Assembly: GCF_009914755.1 (NCBI RefSeq) | Contig: NC_060928.1 | Length of the DNA stretch: 64,000 nucleotides | Source: the human T2T-CHM13v2.0 reference genome, Homo sapiens | Reading direction: 5' to 3' (one strand) | Shown: positions 1 to 11,591 of the stretch, piece by piece | Numbering within the stretch: the first letter of the stretch is position 1 | Layout of the letters: each line of letters starts with the position of its first letter | Notes under the pieces: model-generated | Databases searched by the model: none | What the model was told of the DNA's origin: nothing | What the model saw: only the letters and a program-made list of their open reading frames with translations | Translations under genes and position numbers: made by a program

Positions 1-942
1 ATTTGCTAAACCAATGACTGCAGTGATGAGGAAAGAGGTGGCAGCAGCCGTGGGAGGAATGGATCCTTCTACTGCCCTCTTTGCCTGTAGCAGCATAAAC
101 CCACATAGTACAGTGGCATGAAATGGCTGCAGATTCTATTTCCCAATGCAGAGGAGAGGGGAAGGAGGTAGAGGAGGAGGAATCAGCATGGGAAGAAGGT
201 ATGCGTAGGGGAAAGAAAGGCATTCATGTGACACAAGACAGATCTGCTCCCCACATGAAAACTTCACAAATTCTCATTCTTACAAGGTGGACACAATTAT
301 GTTCAAAAGGGAGAAAAGATACAAAGCCAAAGCCCTGACTTTCAAGTAGATCCTAGCATCTTCCTTGGTCTTCCCCTGCCAAAGAAACAGAAATGGTAAC
401 CAACTCAGGTTGGCATAAAAGGAATCAGAGGAGACCTCACCATGCCCCCCTCAAAAGACCTCTCCTGAATAACAGCAACCAAACTTCTTGTCCTCTCCTC
501 TGTATTCAGGAGTTATCTACCCAGCCAATCTAGATTCTTACATTGGTATCCTTTGGTCTAATTAGTAAAGAGGTCATCATTAATACAGAACTGTATTCAA
601 CTCTCAATTAACAAAGGGAAGAAATTAATAACAGGTTAAGTACCACCAATGAGCCTGGGGCTGTGCTGGCTTAAAGAATTTATTCAAAGCCTCGCAGCCA
701 GTACATGGTGAAGGATAAATTCTAACCCAGGGCTTTCTGAGTCCAGATGAATTCTTGGTGATTTCAAAGCCAGACTTCAATGTGCAGGTTCACTGAGTCT
801 CCAAATATACTTCTGCTAGATTTCTTGATGATAAAACTACATTATTTTCTCCCCTTTCATTCATTACCATTGTAGACATCTAAAACCTCTAAAATTATTT
901 TAAAAACTAGAAAATAAGATGGTGCGAGGAAGGTCAATCATA

Positions 943-1115
943 GGTCAAAATTGCAAATGCCTTCAGGGGTCTGGAAGCTGGTCACATACATGATGAAACC
1001 AGCCTGAGTGTGAGACTCCAGGGCGCATAGGGGCCCTAGTGAATGGAGTAGCATGGTGATATCCCTCAACCCCCAAGGGCACAAGGTCTACAGAATTTTC
1101 CAATGTAAGAACCAT
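943..1115. mobile_element. MER102-like hAT-Charlie DNA transposon fragment
   Basis: Contains CAAATGCCTTCAGGGG...GGTCACATA resembling the recalled MER102 5' end; degenerate, boundaries approximate. Confidence 0.5.
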
Positions 1116-1200
1116 GAGTGTTGTGTATTTATCTTTTATGCATCTTTCTTTTTCTGTTCTTTCTCTGCCACTGATTCAATCTCAGAATGCACTAAAGTGA

Positions 1201-1258
1201 ATATATATGTATATACACATGCATATATATACACACATATATGCACATATATATACAC
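1201..1258. repeat. Degenerate (TA/CA)n alternating purine-pyrimidine tract
   Basis: atatatatgtatatacacatgcatatatatacacac... seen directly. Confidence 0.85.
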
Positions 1259-1497
1259 AATGCACTTAAGCCCCTAACTCCTAATTTTATACAAATCATC
1301 TAAAATGGAACATCTTCATTTTCTAAGTCATTCAAAGAACAATTAGGATTTCTTTCATTTACATTATTTACAGATTCTACACTTTTTGTTTCCTTCTAAA
1401 ACTTCACTGCCCTTTTTTCCACAGTACATATTTTTCATTACAAGAGTTATTTGTTAAATGGTAATGCTTTTAAGTAATAAAAAAAGGAAAAAGGACA

Positions 1498-1680
1498 ACT
1501 GCCATTTGCTAAACATCCACCATGTAGACATTCACATACAACAGCTTCATGCAACTCCTGCAAAAACTTTAAGTTATTAGGACTTTCTACATTTTATAGG
1601 TAAGGAAACTAAAGTTGAGAACGTTTAAGCAATTTGCCCAAGATGATGGAGGCTGGACTTGAATTCCGAACAATTCTAAA
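1498..1680 (-). mobile_element. MIR SINE relic
   Basis: Core-like CATTTTATAGGTAAGGAAACTAAAGTTGAGA...AAGCAATTTGCCCAAG. Confidence 0.65.
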
Positions 1681-2581
1681 GGCAACAATTCGCCCAGTTA
1701 AAAATACGGAGTGATTTTTCCATGAACTTTAATCGTTAACTGGAGAAGTTATAACTAAACATGTTAGTTTAACTTGAAACCTAAGTCACAAGTAGGTGTT
1801 GAATGGGTTGTTCGCTCTAATCACTTGAGCAGTTCCATGTCTGGCCAATGATCCCCTGGTATCTATTTCTGACCAGCCAGGGAGGCTGCACTACAACAAT
1901 GTCAACATTTCTGCAATGCTATTTTGGAGATAAGTACTTAAAAAATGAATGAGTTGAAAATTCAACTGGGGGTTTCTAAGGTTTAATCTCTCATCTAGAA
2001 AATATCTTGGTGTTAATGCAAGTAGAAAAAAATAACAGGCCTTTTAACACCTCGACACTGTTTTTGTCTTCATAAGACTCAGCAAATAGTAACTAATTAA
2101 TCCTAATGAAAGCCCCACAATACACGTCAGGTTGGAATTCATTCTCAATAGGCATCTACAAACCACACAAGTTGAGGTTTCACAATTGACGACGCCTCTG
2201 GCCCACACACACTATGAATTACAGCCTTAGAAGCACAACTGGTCCATCCAAAGTCCTGATGAAATAACCAGCTCTATTTTATCGATTTATAGCCCAGTGA
2301 TTCACAGAGGTCCCAGCAGGCTCTCTCCTTGCCAATATTGTAGCATCCTAGAAAACAACCCTCTTCCTGTGACAAGCAGGGGCAACCCAATTTAGACATT
2401 AAAATGTAGTCTTTTTTATATCCTGTAAATATTTTTCTTTCACTGATTTTAATAAATAAAGACTAAAGAATATGTCACACACTTTTAACCTGTAGGCCTA
2501 TGTTTCGCACTAATGTGAAATACTCTAACACTGTTATTCTCCCATTTGACTTTATATTCAAAGGTTTACACACATTGTATA

Positions 2582-2986
2582 TGATATGCTTTGGATTATC
2601 TGTCCCCTCCAAATCTTGTGTTGAAATGTAATCCCCAGTGCTGGAGTTGGGGCCTGGTGGGAGGTTGTCTGGATCATGGGAGCGGATCCCCTCATAAATG
2701 GCTTGGCACCATTCCCCTGGCGATGAGATAGTCCACATGAGATCTGGTTGTTTAAAAGTCTGGGTCCTTCCCCCTCTGTCTTGCTCCAGCTCTTGCCATG
2801 TGACTCACCTACTCCACCTTCACCTTCCGCCTTGATTTTAAGCTTCTTAAGGCCCTCACCAGAAGCAGATACTGGCATTATGCTTCCTGTGCAGCCTCCA
2901 GAGCCATAAACCAATTAAACCTCCTTCCTTTATAAAATTACCCAGTCTCAAGTATTCCTTTATAATAATGCAAATGGACTAATTCA
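2582..2986 (+). mobile_element. MSTB-like ERVL-MaLR solo LTR
   Basis: TG...CA termini, typical MST body (GGGGCCTGGTGGGAGG, AATTAAACCTC), perfect 5-bp TSD GTATA at 2577-2581 and 2987-2991. Confidence 0.92.
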
Positions 2987-3746
2987 GTATATAAAGGAAA
3001 TACATATATTGTCCAAAATGGGTCAATAGATCTAATCCCAAACTTTGTCATCCATAAGGTTACTTGACAAGTGCAAAAGGAAAAAAATATGTCATTTTGC
3101 TAGTAGTAAAAGTTATACCTAGAAATCTTTGACATTTTCTTCTTATAAGAAAAAAGCAGCAGGTGGGATAAACGGAAAAACTAAAATGAATATGAAAAAA
3201 GATTTCCCAAGCATGAAAAGAATTTGCAGAGCAAGAGTTTAGGAAAAATCCCCTCACAGCGCTACATCCATCAACATAATGGTGCAGTATAAAGAGGCAA
3301 CAATGCCTTTCAAGTGTAAATATTACATTTAATGGCCAAGGTAATTCTCCTGATTCAAAAAAGTAAAGACACATCAATTAGAAAACTTACATATCAGAGG
3401 TATTCCCAGGATGAAAGTTACATAAAGTATATATCCACAAAGTACAGTTTAAATTGAACTTTTTCTTCTACACTTATGTAAAAATTCTACAAATCCTATG
3501 AAAAACTGCTATTTCCATAAATATATATGCATAGACTTTCATTTTGGAAACAGAAAGAAGCTTCCTACTAAAGAGAAGTGGTGACAAGGTGAAGAGAGAT
3601 AGTATCTATATATTCTGATGTTTCACATCCAGATGAACAAAGGGTGTGATAAGATGAAGCATAAAATCTTACAGAGGACAAGTGAACTTGTCACATACCA
3701 AGTACCATCTCTTATTACTGAATAATAAGAAAAACTCAACTCTCAC

Positions 3747-3812
3747 CTTGGTGCTCATTCATTCTTCTTCACAGCTCCATCTCACAAGGTTGAAGAGGTG
3801 CAGTAAGAGTAT
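3747..3812 (-). other. Candidate cryptic 66-nt exon, stops in all three frames
   Basis: Minus strand cag|ATACTC...CACCAAG|gtgaga; strong donor, GAAGAAGAA ESE-like tract, weak acceptor. Confidence 0.2.
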
Positions 3813-4873
3813 CTGCTTTATACATTATTTGCTTTAAAAAATTCTAAAAGTTTGATGGTTTATAAGAGTATTAAAAGGAAATTTAGGAGAATCATTCCAT
3901 AAACTCTGAATTGGAAAGAATTTTCTGAAAGCAGAAATACTAAAGATACTTACAAACTTGAAAATAGTATTAATACAAAATATCTTTATAAAACTATTAA
4001 AAAGAAGTATTGTGATAATCAACACACTAAAAATCATTGAATTCTATACTGAGTGAATCGTATAGTATGTGAATTATATCTAAATAAAACTCAGAAAAAG
4101 AAATATGTTCAATAAATCTATGCAAGCATATAATCATGGCAACAAATAACTGCAAATAATAACTACATCACTTTTTTGCCTGAGATTATAGTACTTATAA
4201 TGATCACTACCTCTGGTAACGTAAATGGATTCAATCTTTTAGGAGGACATTTTTTGTTTTAAAATTTAAACCATTATGATATAACCTTTGATGTACAATC
4301 GACTGGGAATGTCTTTTTTTCCTAATACTTAGACAATATCTCTATGAGTATACGTCCCTCCCATTTATCAAGTTTGGGAGAACATGCACAAACATTTCTT
4401 AGCAATAGTTATCTCTGAGAGGTTTGTTTGCTTTTGCTTTTTTATTTGTGTCAAGATGCTCCGTACCAAAATGGCTACCAGACTGTCCTTGGTATGCTAA
4501 CATCTGCAAAGCATCTTAGTCAAAACATCTCACATGCATAGCAAGACAAGGGTAATATTTCCATGTAACCTTAGAGCCTTGCCTCCCACACCAAGATACT
4601 GGTGTTACAAAGAGCACATGGTGCAATGGAGTGTTAGAGGTAGTCATGGGATACAAGTAGTACATCTTTATGGAATATCAATTTTATTTGGTTTTAGACA
4701 AGGTTTTGATTTTCTTCCAAAGAGTTCTTTTGGAGGGTGTGTTAGAGTGTGTATGTGTATGTGTTTCGACATAAGGCTATACATAAAATCCCTACTTTTC
4801 CATGTGTTTTAATTTTGTGTATTTTTCATTAAAAAATAACAAGACACACACTCTGGATAAAAAATAACTTTCT

Positions 4874-5172
4874 GGCTGGGCACAGTGGTTCAAGCCTGTA
4901 ATCCCAGGACTTTGGGAGGCCAAGGTGGGCTGATTGCTGGAACACAGAAGTTCGAGACCACCCTGGGCAACAAGGAAAAACCCCCTTTCTACTAAAAAAA
5001 GAAAAAAAAAATTAGCCAGGCATGGTGATATGTGCCTGTGGTCCCAGCTACTCACGAGGCTAAGGTGGGAAAACTGCTTGAACCCGGGAGATGGAAGTTG
5101 CAGTGAGCCAAGATCACACAATGACACTGCACTCCAGTCTGGGCCACAGAAAAAATAAAAACCAAGAAAAGA
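4874..5172 (+). mobile_element. AluJ, 3' end partly deleted
   Basis: Dimeric Alu with J-type left arm; degenerate TSD aaaataactttct/aaaacctttct; right arm lacks the GAGCGAGACCCTGTCTC end. Confidence 0.92.
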
Positions 5173-5284
5173 AAACCTTTCTATGTTATGAAAAACTAGA
5201 AAAGTTCTCATTTTTGTATCATCAACTGATCTCTAATAATTAGTCTCCCATTCCTAGGAAAAACAAACAAACAAACAAACCTCT

Positions 5285-5607
5285 GATTTTAAGCTGGGCA
5301 CATTGCTGCCTACCTAAAAGACTACATTTACCAGTTTCCTTTGTAGCCAGATATAACCATGTGACTAAGTTCTAGCCAATAAGATATAAGCACAGCTATC
5401 TCCTGGATCTTCCAGAAAGTCTCCTTAAAAAAAAAAAAAAGAAAAATCTCCCTAGTGATTGGAGAATGAAAAGTTGTAAGGACCACGAGTCTCCAAAGAT
5501 TATGCCAAGTCCCACATGCTAGTCCCACACAGTCACCTCCTAGGTTCTTCTACATGAGAGACACATTTTTTTTGTATCTATAACTGAACCTACCCCTAGC
5601 TGATATA
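5285..5607 (+). mobile_element. Old MLT1 (I/J/K-type) LTR relic
   Basis: CTACATTTACCAGTTTCCTTTGTAGC...CCATGTGACTAAGTTCTAGCCAAT motif typical of late MLT1 LTRs. Confidence 0.6.
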
Positions 5608-6166
5608 AAATCAAGAAAAGCAAGGCAGTATTAGTGCAAGAGTTGTTTCAAAGTGAGCCAGACAAGTTTTTGTCACAAGAACAGACTGTGTCTAGGACCC
5701 TGCCCGCTGGACCAGTTCTAGTCCCTGGGAATAAAAAAGCTGGAATTAGCCATTTCAAGGCTAGTCCTAGAAAGCCTGCAAAACTAGCTTTTTCTTAAAA
5801 CTAGCTTGGAAAGACTGGACAAAAACCATGTTATTTCTACTTTCAATTATACAAAATCTATTTAAAAATAAATTTAAAATTTATTTTCAACTGAGAATAT
5901 GGTTTGATAATTAGAAAACGAATTGTGAAGTTGAAATAACTTTGGAGAATATGACAGACAATAAGGTGGACTTCCCAACAACCAGATGTCATGAAGTACC
6001 GTAACTGACTTGAGCATAAAGATTACAGAAGTCTTCAGAAAAATTATGAAGAATACTAGGAACATTTATGGATAAAATGAGACAGGCTTTGATTTAGAGA
6101 AAGTACAAAAGCACACAAAAAAATTTGCTTAAAGCATCTTTCAAGGCTATAGAACTTACACAAATG

Positions 6167-6470
6167 GACCAGGCGCGGTGGCTCACGCCTATAATCCCAA
6201 CGCTTTGGGAGGCCTAGGTGGGTGGATCACCTGACGTCGGGAGTTCGAGATCAGCCTGGCCAACATGGCAAAACCCCATCTCTTCTAAAATTACAAAAAT
6301 TAGCCAGGTGTGGTGGCACTTGCCTGTAATCCCAGCTACTCACGAGGCTGAGGCAGGATAAATGCTTGAACTGGGAAGTGGAGGTTGCAGTGAGCGGAGA
6401 TCGCGCCACTGCACTCCAGCCTGAGTGACAGAATGAGACTCCATCTCAAAAACAAACAAACAAACAAAAA
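6167..6470 (+). mobile_element. AluS (Sq/Sx-like)
   Basis: Full dimer, (AAAC)n tail, 14-bp TSD AACTTACACAAATG at 6153-6166 and 6471-6484. Confidence 0.96.
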
Positions 6471-6625
6471 AACTTACACAAATGAGGAAGTACACACAAC
6501 AAATTCTGGCATTGATGTGGCCATAATATGTTCTAGATGGCAAAGAAAAGGAACAACCAATGTAAAAGGTTAAAAAAAGTGTCTGTAGCTATCAAACAGA
6601 TTATCTTAAAACATTCTTGAACTAG

Positions 6626-7100
6626 TGTATTAGTTTGCTAGGGCTGCCTTAAAGAACCACAAACAAGGTGGCTTAAACTACAGGAGAATTTATTCTCTCT
6701 ACTTTAGAGGCTAGAAGTCCGAGTTCGAGATGTTAGCAGGGTTGGGTTCCTTCTGAGAGTTATGGGGGAGAATCTGCCCCCTGCTTCTCTCCTCGCTTCT
6801 GGTGTTCTGTGGCAATCTTTAGCCTTCTGGGCTTCTGCTGCATCACTCTAATCTCTGCCTTCATCTTTACATGACATTCTCGCTCCGTGGGTATCTGTGT
6901 CCCAATTTCCCCTTTGTATAAAGATTCCAGTTATATTACATTAGGGGCCACTCTATTCCAGTATGACCTCATTGTAACTAATTATATCTGCGATGACTTT
7001 ATTTCCAAACAAGGTCACATTTGATATATTAGGTGTTAGGATTTCAATCTATGAATTGGGGCAGGAGTCAGGGTGGGAGAAGATAATTCAGCCCATAACA
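6626..7100 (-). mobile_element. MLT1C/D-like MaLR solo LTR
   Basis: TGTATTAGTTTGCTAGGGCTGCC...ATTCAGCCCATAACA termini; TSD actag/actgg. Confidence 0.88.
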
Positions 7101-7559
7101 ACTGGTAACAGACCAAGTGATTCTAATTCTTTCCCATTATAGCTGGATTAAAGCTGGTGGATGTTAACAATGTACCATTTAATTTTGATCATTGACTTCT
7201 GTATTTATTTATCAACATCTATGAGACATGTAAACTTACAAAGTAGATGATTGCGAAAGAACTGAAATAAATACTAAACAAATGTTTAACTAAATAGGAA
7301 TTTCTCGTAATGAGAAAATTTCTAGACATGCGCAGATGGAGGCCACATCCCAAGCAGGTAAAACTACAGGAGTGATCGCCTGCAGAAGAACTACTGTTCA
7401 GTCTGGACACAACAGCAGCCATTGAATCATCCAATGAGAGCATCATCTCAAGTACTTCAGAGTGCCCAATGTGTTCGGCTAAATTGGTAAAATTTATTTA
7501 AAGTAATATTAGAATTGCTTGAATATTCATTATTTTTAAAAATTTGAAAAAGAAAATGA

Positions 7560-7880
7560 TTTGACAGGCTGCCCTCCTCACTACACAGCTGTACCCCCTC
7601 GAATGTTCTAGTCAGTTTTCAATTTCAGGGTTAGAGAACATTTTTGCTATGTGTCTAAAAAGTAATTAAAAAAAAAAACTTTGTAACCTATAACGCTACT
7701 TCTGAGACTTTAAGAAAATCATAGAGAAAAATGTTTATACACAAAAATTTTCACTGTAGTGTTATTTACAACACAGAAAACAATGAAAAAAACAGTTGTC
7801 AGAGAAAATGGAATGGTTAGAAAACCATAGTATACCCAAGTATATCATGCAAAACCACAGTATACTATGCAACTGAGATT
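7560..7880 (+). mobile_element. Old L1M fragment
   Basis: TTCACTGTAGTGTTATTTACAAC...GAATGGTTAGAAAACCATAGTATA resembles L1ME 3' region; boundaries approximate. Confidence 0.5.
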
Positions 7881-7894
7881 GAATAACGTATGAA

Positions 7895-8650
7895 GTTATT
7901 GATTTTTGTTTTGTGACCTTCCTCTAATTCCTTTTCTCCCCAAAGGCCAAGCATGCTATTTCCCTCTCTTGCCTTGAGTGATAGTGTCTCAGAGAGTCAG
8001 AGAGAGCCGTCCCTCACAGACAACCTGATTTCCCGACATCTTCTGGCAGCCTGTGCTCCTAGAAGGGATCAGAACAAGTGTTCCTACGGGTGGCAAGGGA
8101 AGCATGCCTTTGAGAGCTGCAGGATAATGGCAGCACTAAAGCTATCTGTGTTAAGAATAGGGAAGACCTAAGGCAGTGGCGGCACTCTAGGAAAAAGGGC
8201 TACATGCTAGGATTATGCAGGCAGAGCCCCGAGCTCCAGAGGTCACAGATCTGACAGGATTCCCATGCCCAGGAGGGCTCCAAAGACATGGAGCCATCAA
8301 ACTCCAAAGGATCTCAAGGACTTCAAAGTGCCCAATGTGTTCAGCTAAATTGGTATGATTTAGCCGAACTTGGATAAATGGGAACTTGGATAAATGGGAT
8401 AAATGGCGGCTTGGACAATGGGGACTTTAGTGGCGAGAGCATAATTGGGGGCCTACACAGTGCTATGTTAAGACCCTCATATACACACACCATGGAATCT
8501 TTGCAAGGCCCCAGGAGAAGTAAGCTACAGCTGAGAAATTGAACATCCCTCTCCCTAACCTGACAGAACAGAGTTTTCTAGATTTTGGATGAAAGCAAGT
8601 ACAGGTATCTTACATAGCCTAGTTTGTGGATTAAGAATCATATGTATTAC
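7895..8650. mobile_element. Probable ancient ERVL-type LTR, family uncertain
   Basis: GC-richer block ending ...AGTTTGTGGATTAAGAATCATATG, LTR-like composition; family not determined. Confidence 0.4.
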
Positions 8651-8688
8651 CTAATCATTAAAATGATATAAAAACATAATTAGGCCAA

Positions 8689-9214
<526 letters not shown>

Positions 9215-9809
9215 TAAAAATAAGAAACTATTCAAAATGAACATGTGATTAGAATATTCTTCCCTTTCAAACCTAAGTCAAGTTGACTGTTGGTTCACAT
9301 GGCATTCTGATTATTTTATTATTCCTGACATTCATAATACCACTTCTGACATAGAAGTTACAGTTTAGGATTGGTTTATCAAATTTTAAGCAGGGATGCT
9401 ACAAAGTTGAAACATAAAGAAGAAAAGTTCTTTTTATTAATGCATTGAGTTTCAAATATATTTAACAATCAAGATTTGGTGCTAAGTTTAAACATTTATC
9501 TATTTTGTTAAAATGATTTAATTTGGTCTAATAAGCTTTGGTTTCAAGATGGGGTAAATATGCAGGTTTGGCTATCTTTTAACAACTGAAAGGAATATTA
9601 ATCTTAAAAATGTTTCTATGGATGAGTAGAAATATATGGTACATTTCTAAAATAAGCTAACATTTCAGGCAAAGAAAATCCATATCCTCATTAGCACATT
9701 TATAATGCGATGATTTCAGTATACAAAATGGGACTTCACTTTCTGTTTTTGTTTTTTTGGGAAAGGACGTAGAATAAAGGGTGTTTCTACTTTTAATTTT
9801 GGAAAAATG

Positions 9810-10050
9810 GTATAGATGTTGGTTAAGTGCTCATAAAAACAGAAAACCTGCACTTTGTATCTTGAATTTCTCACTAGTTTTGTGATCCAGTGTAAGGTTT
9901 CCTAAACTTTACATACCTAAGTTTTTCCCTATTTGTAGCATTGGGATTAAATAAAACGGGTCTCATTAATGTACTATGTGGATTAATGCTATATGTACAG
10001 GTCATAGAGAGTTAGCACAATATATGACTCTTCTATTATTGTTATTATTT
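9810..10050 (+). mobile_element. MIR relic
   Basis: TGGTTAAGTGC...CACTAGTTTTGTGATCC...TTATTATT layout of a MIR. Confidence 0.5.
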
Positions 10051-10539
10051 AGGAATAGGATTTGTTCTCAAAAAGGAAAGCATCCCTTCATTACAAGGAA
10101 CAGAAAAACTATAATGTAACTCACAAAACTCATTTTCCCTTCAGAAATTCCTGTTATTTCTACAGTGTTAATAACTATCTTAGAAGAAAATCACTAAAGT
10201 TATCAACTTTTTCCCCTTTATTGGACTATGTAGTTACAGACAGATAATCAATGGTAAAATATTTAAAGAGCTAAATGTTATGGGATTTTTAAAAATGTTA
10301 TTTCCAAAAAAGGAAAAGTACATAATGGTTTTATTTTTAAATAGTAGAGATGATGAAATCTTACTATGCACTTCATTTTGCCAGTGGTGTAAAAGTTTTC
10401 CAATGATTTATCTAGGATTGGTTTATTCATGTAAAAATCAGGTCAAAAATCAAATGATTATAGGGGTTATGCAGCTAAAATACAGGAAGAAAGTTGTCAG
10501 GATGGAACAGGGTAAGCCCATTGCTGAATGGCAACAAAC

Positions 10540-10805
10540 CCTTGGTCACGGCACAAAGGAGCAATAGGGAATGGGGTGAATGCAGTGAACTGGAGACATG
10601 AGCCCCAAGAGGGTATCTTCTCTGGACAAGCAGGAATTCAAATCCAATAATGCTGAAAGGAATAGTCTGATCCTTCCATCCTCCCAATAACAGAAATAAC
10701 TTGGTTCTAAAAGTTAGGAATTAATTTAATTAACAATAAAAGCATAGGGGCCAAACAAAACACATCTCAGGGCCAAATCTAGCACTGGTGCCAGTTTGTA
10801 AACTA
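10540..10805. mobile_element. MER102-like hAT fragment
   Basis: Ends GGGCCAAACAAAACACATCTCAGGGCC...GCCAGTTTG, like the recalled MER102 3' end. Confidence 0.55.
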
Positions 10806-11591
10806 CAAAATAAGTGTTTCCAAACACCTAAAATATTTTCAATAACATCCCTTTTGCAGTATTTGAAGAAAAAAAAATTTAATTTTAAAAAAGTCCTTTC
10901 ACTTGTGACTGAAAAGAAAAAGCCATGAGAAAATATTCAGTTCCAATTCCTATTATTTTAGTATCTGTAAGAATTAAGTATGGAAGTTGATTTAGAGAAT
11001 GCAGGATTCCACCAAGTTTTACAGCCTTTGGAGGTAGATGGGTAAGACAATCTCTGTCCTAAAAGAAAAGTTAAACCTGGCAGACGATCAGCCTGGAAGG
11101 GAGACACAGAGCTATTCCAAGCACCATGGACTTTAGCTTCCCAGGGTAAGAGGATGAAAGGACCACTGTTTTAAGTTCTTAAGTAAGGCTCAGTATGCTC
11201 TGTCAGAATTCAATGAATGGCTTGACTTAAATCTTTAGATGATATACAACCACAACCTCCAGCAGGATGAGTAGGCAACTCTAAAATGATGGAGATGACA
11301 TAATTCCTTTAGTAGCTAAACATTAACCCTAGAAAAATTTAGAATTAAGTACAGAAATGTCTAAAAGAATTAAAACAATCTTATTGATGCTTTTGGTCAA
11401 GTGCTATGTTCATATTTGGTAATTATAAAACATTAGTAATGTTTAAGAGAATTTGGCATATTAGAGATGAGCTGCATAATTACAACTTAAAATGCATAAT
11501 GAACTAATTGATATAGACTTGTGATTTAAACTCAGATACAACGTCTATAAAAGCTTTGAAATATAAAAGAGAGAGGAAAAAAAAGTCCTTT

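Noticed and set aside
441-464. 24-nt minus-strand microexon-like segment (cag|GAGAGG...CATG|gtgagg)
   Set aside because: Acceptor has a poor pyrimidine tract; motif pairs of this quality arise by chance in 64 kb
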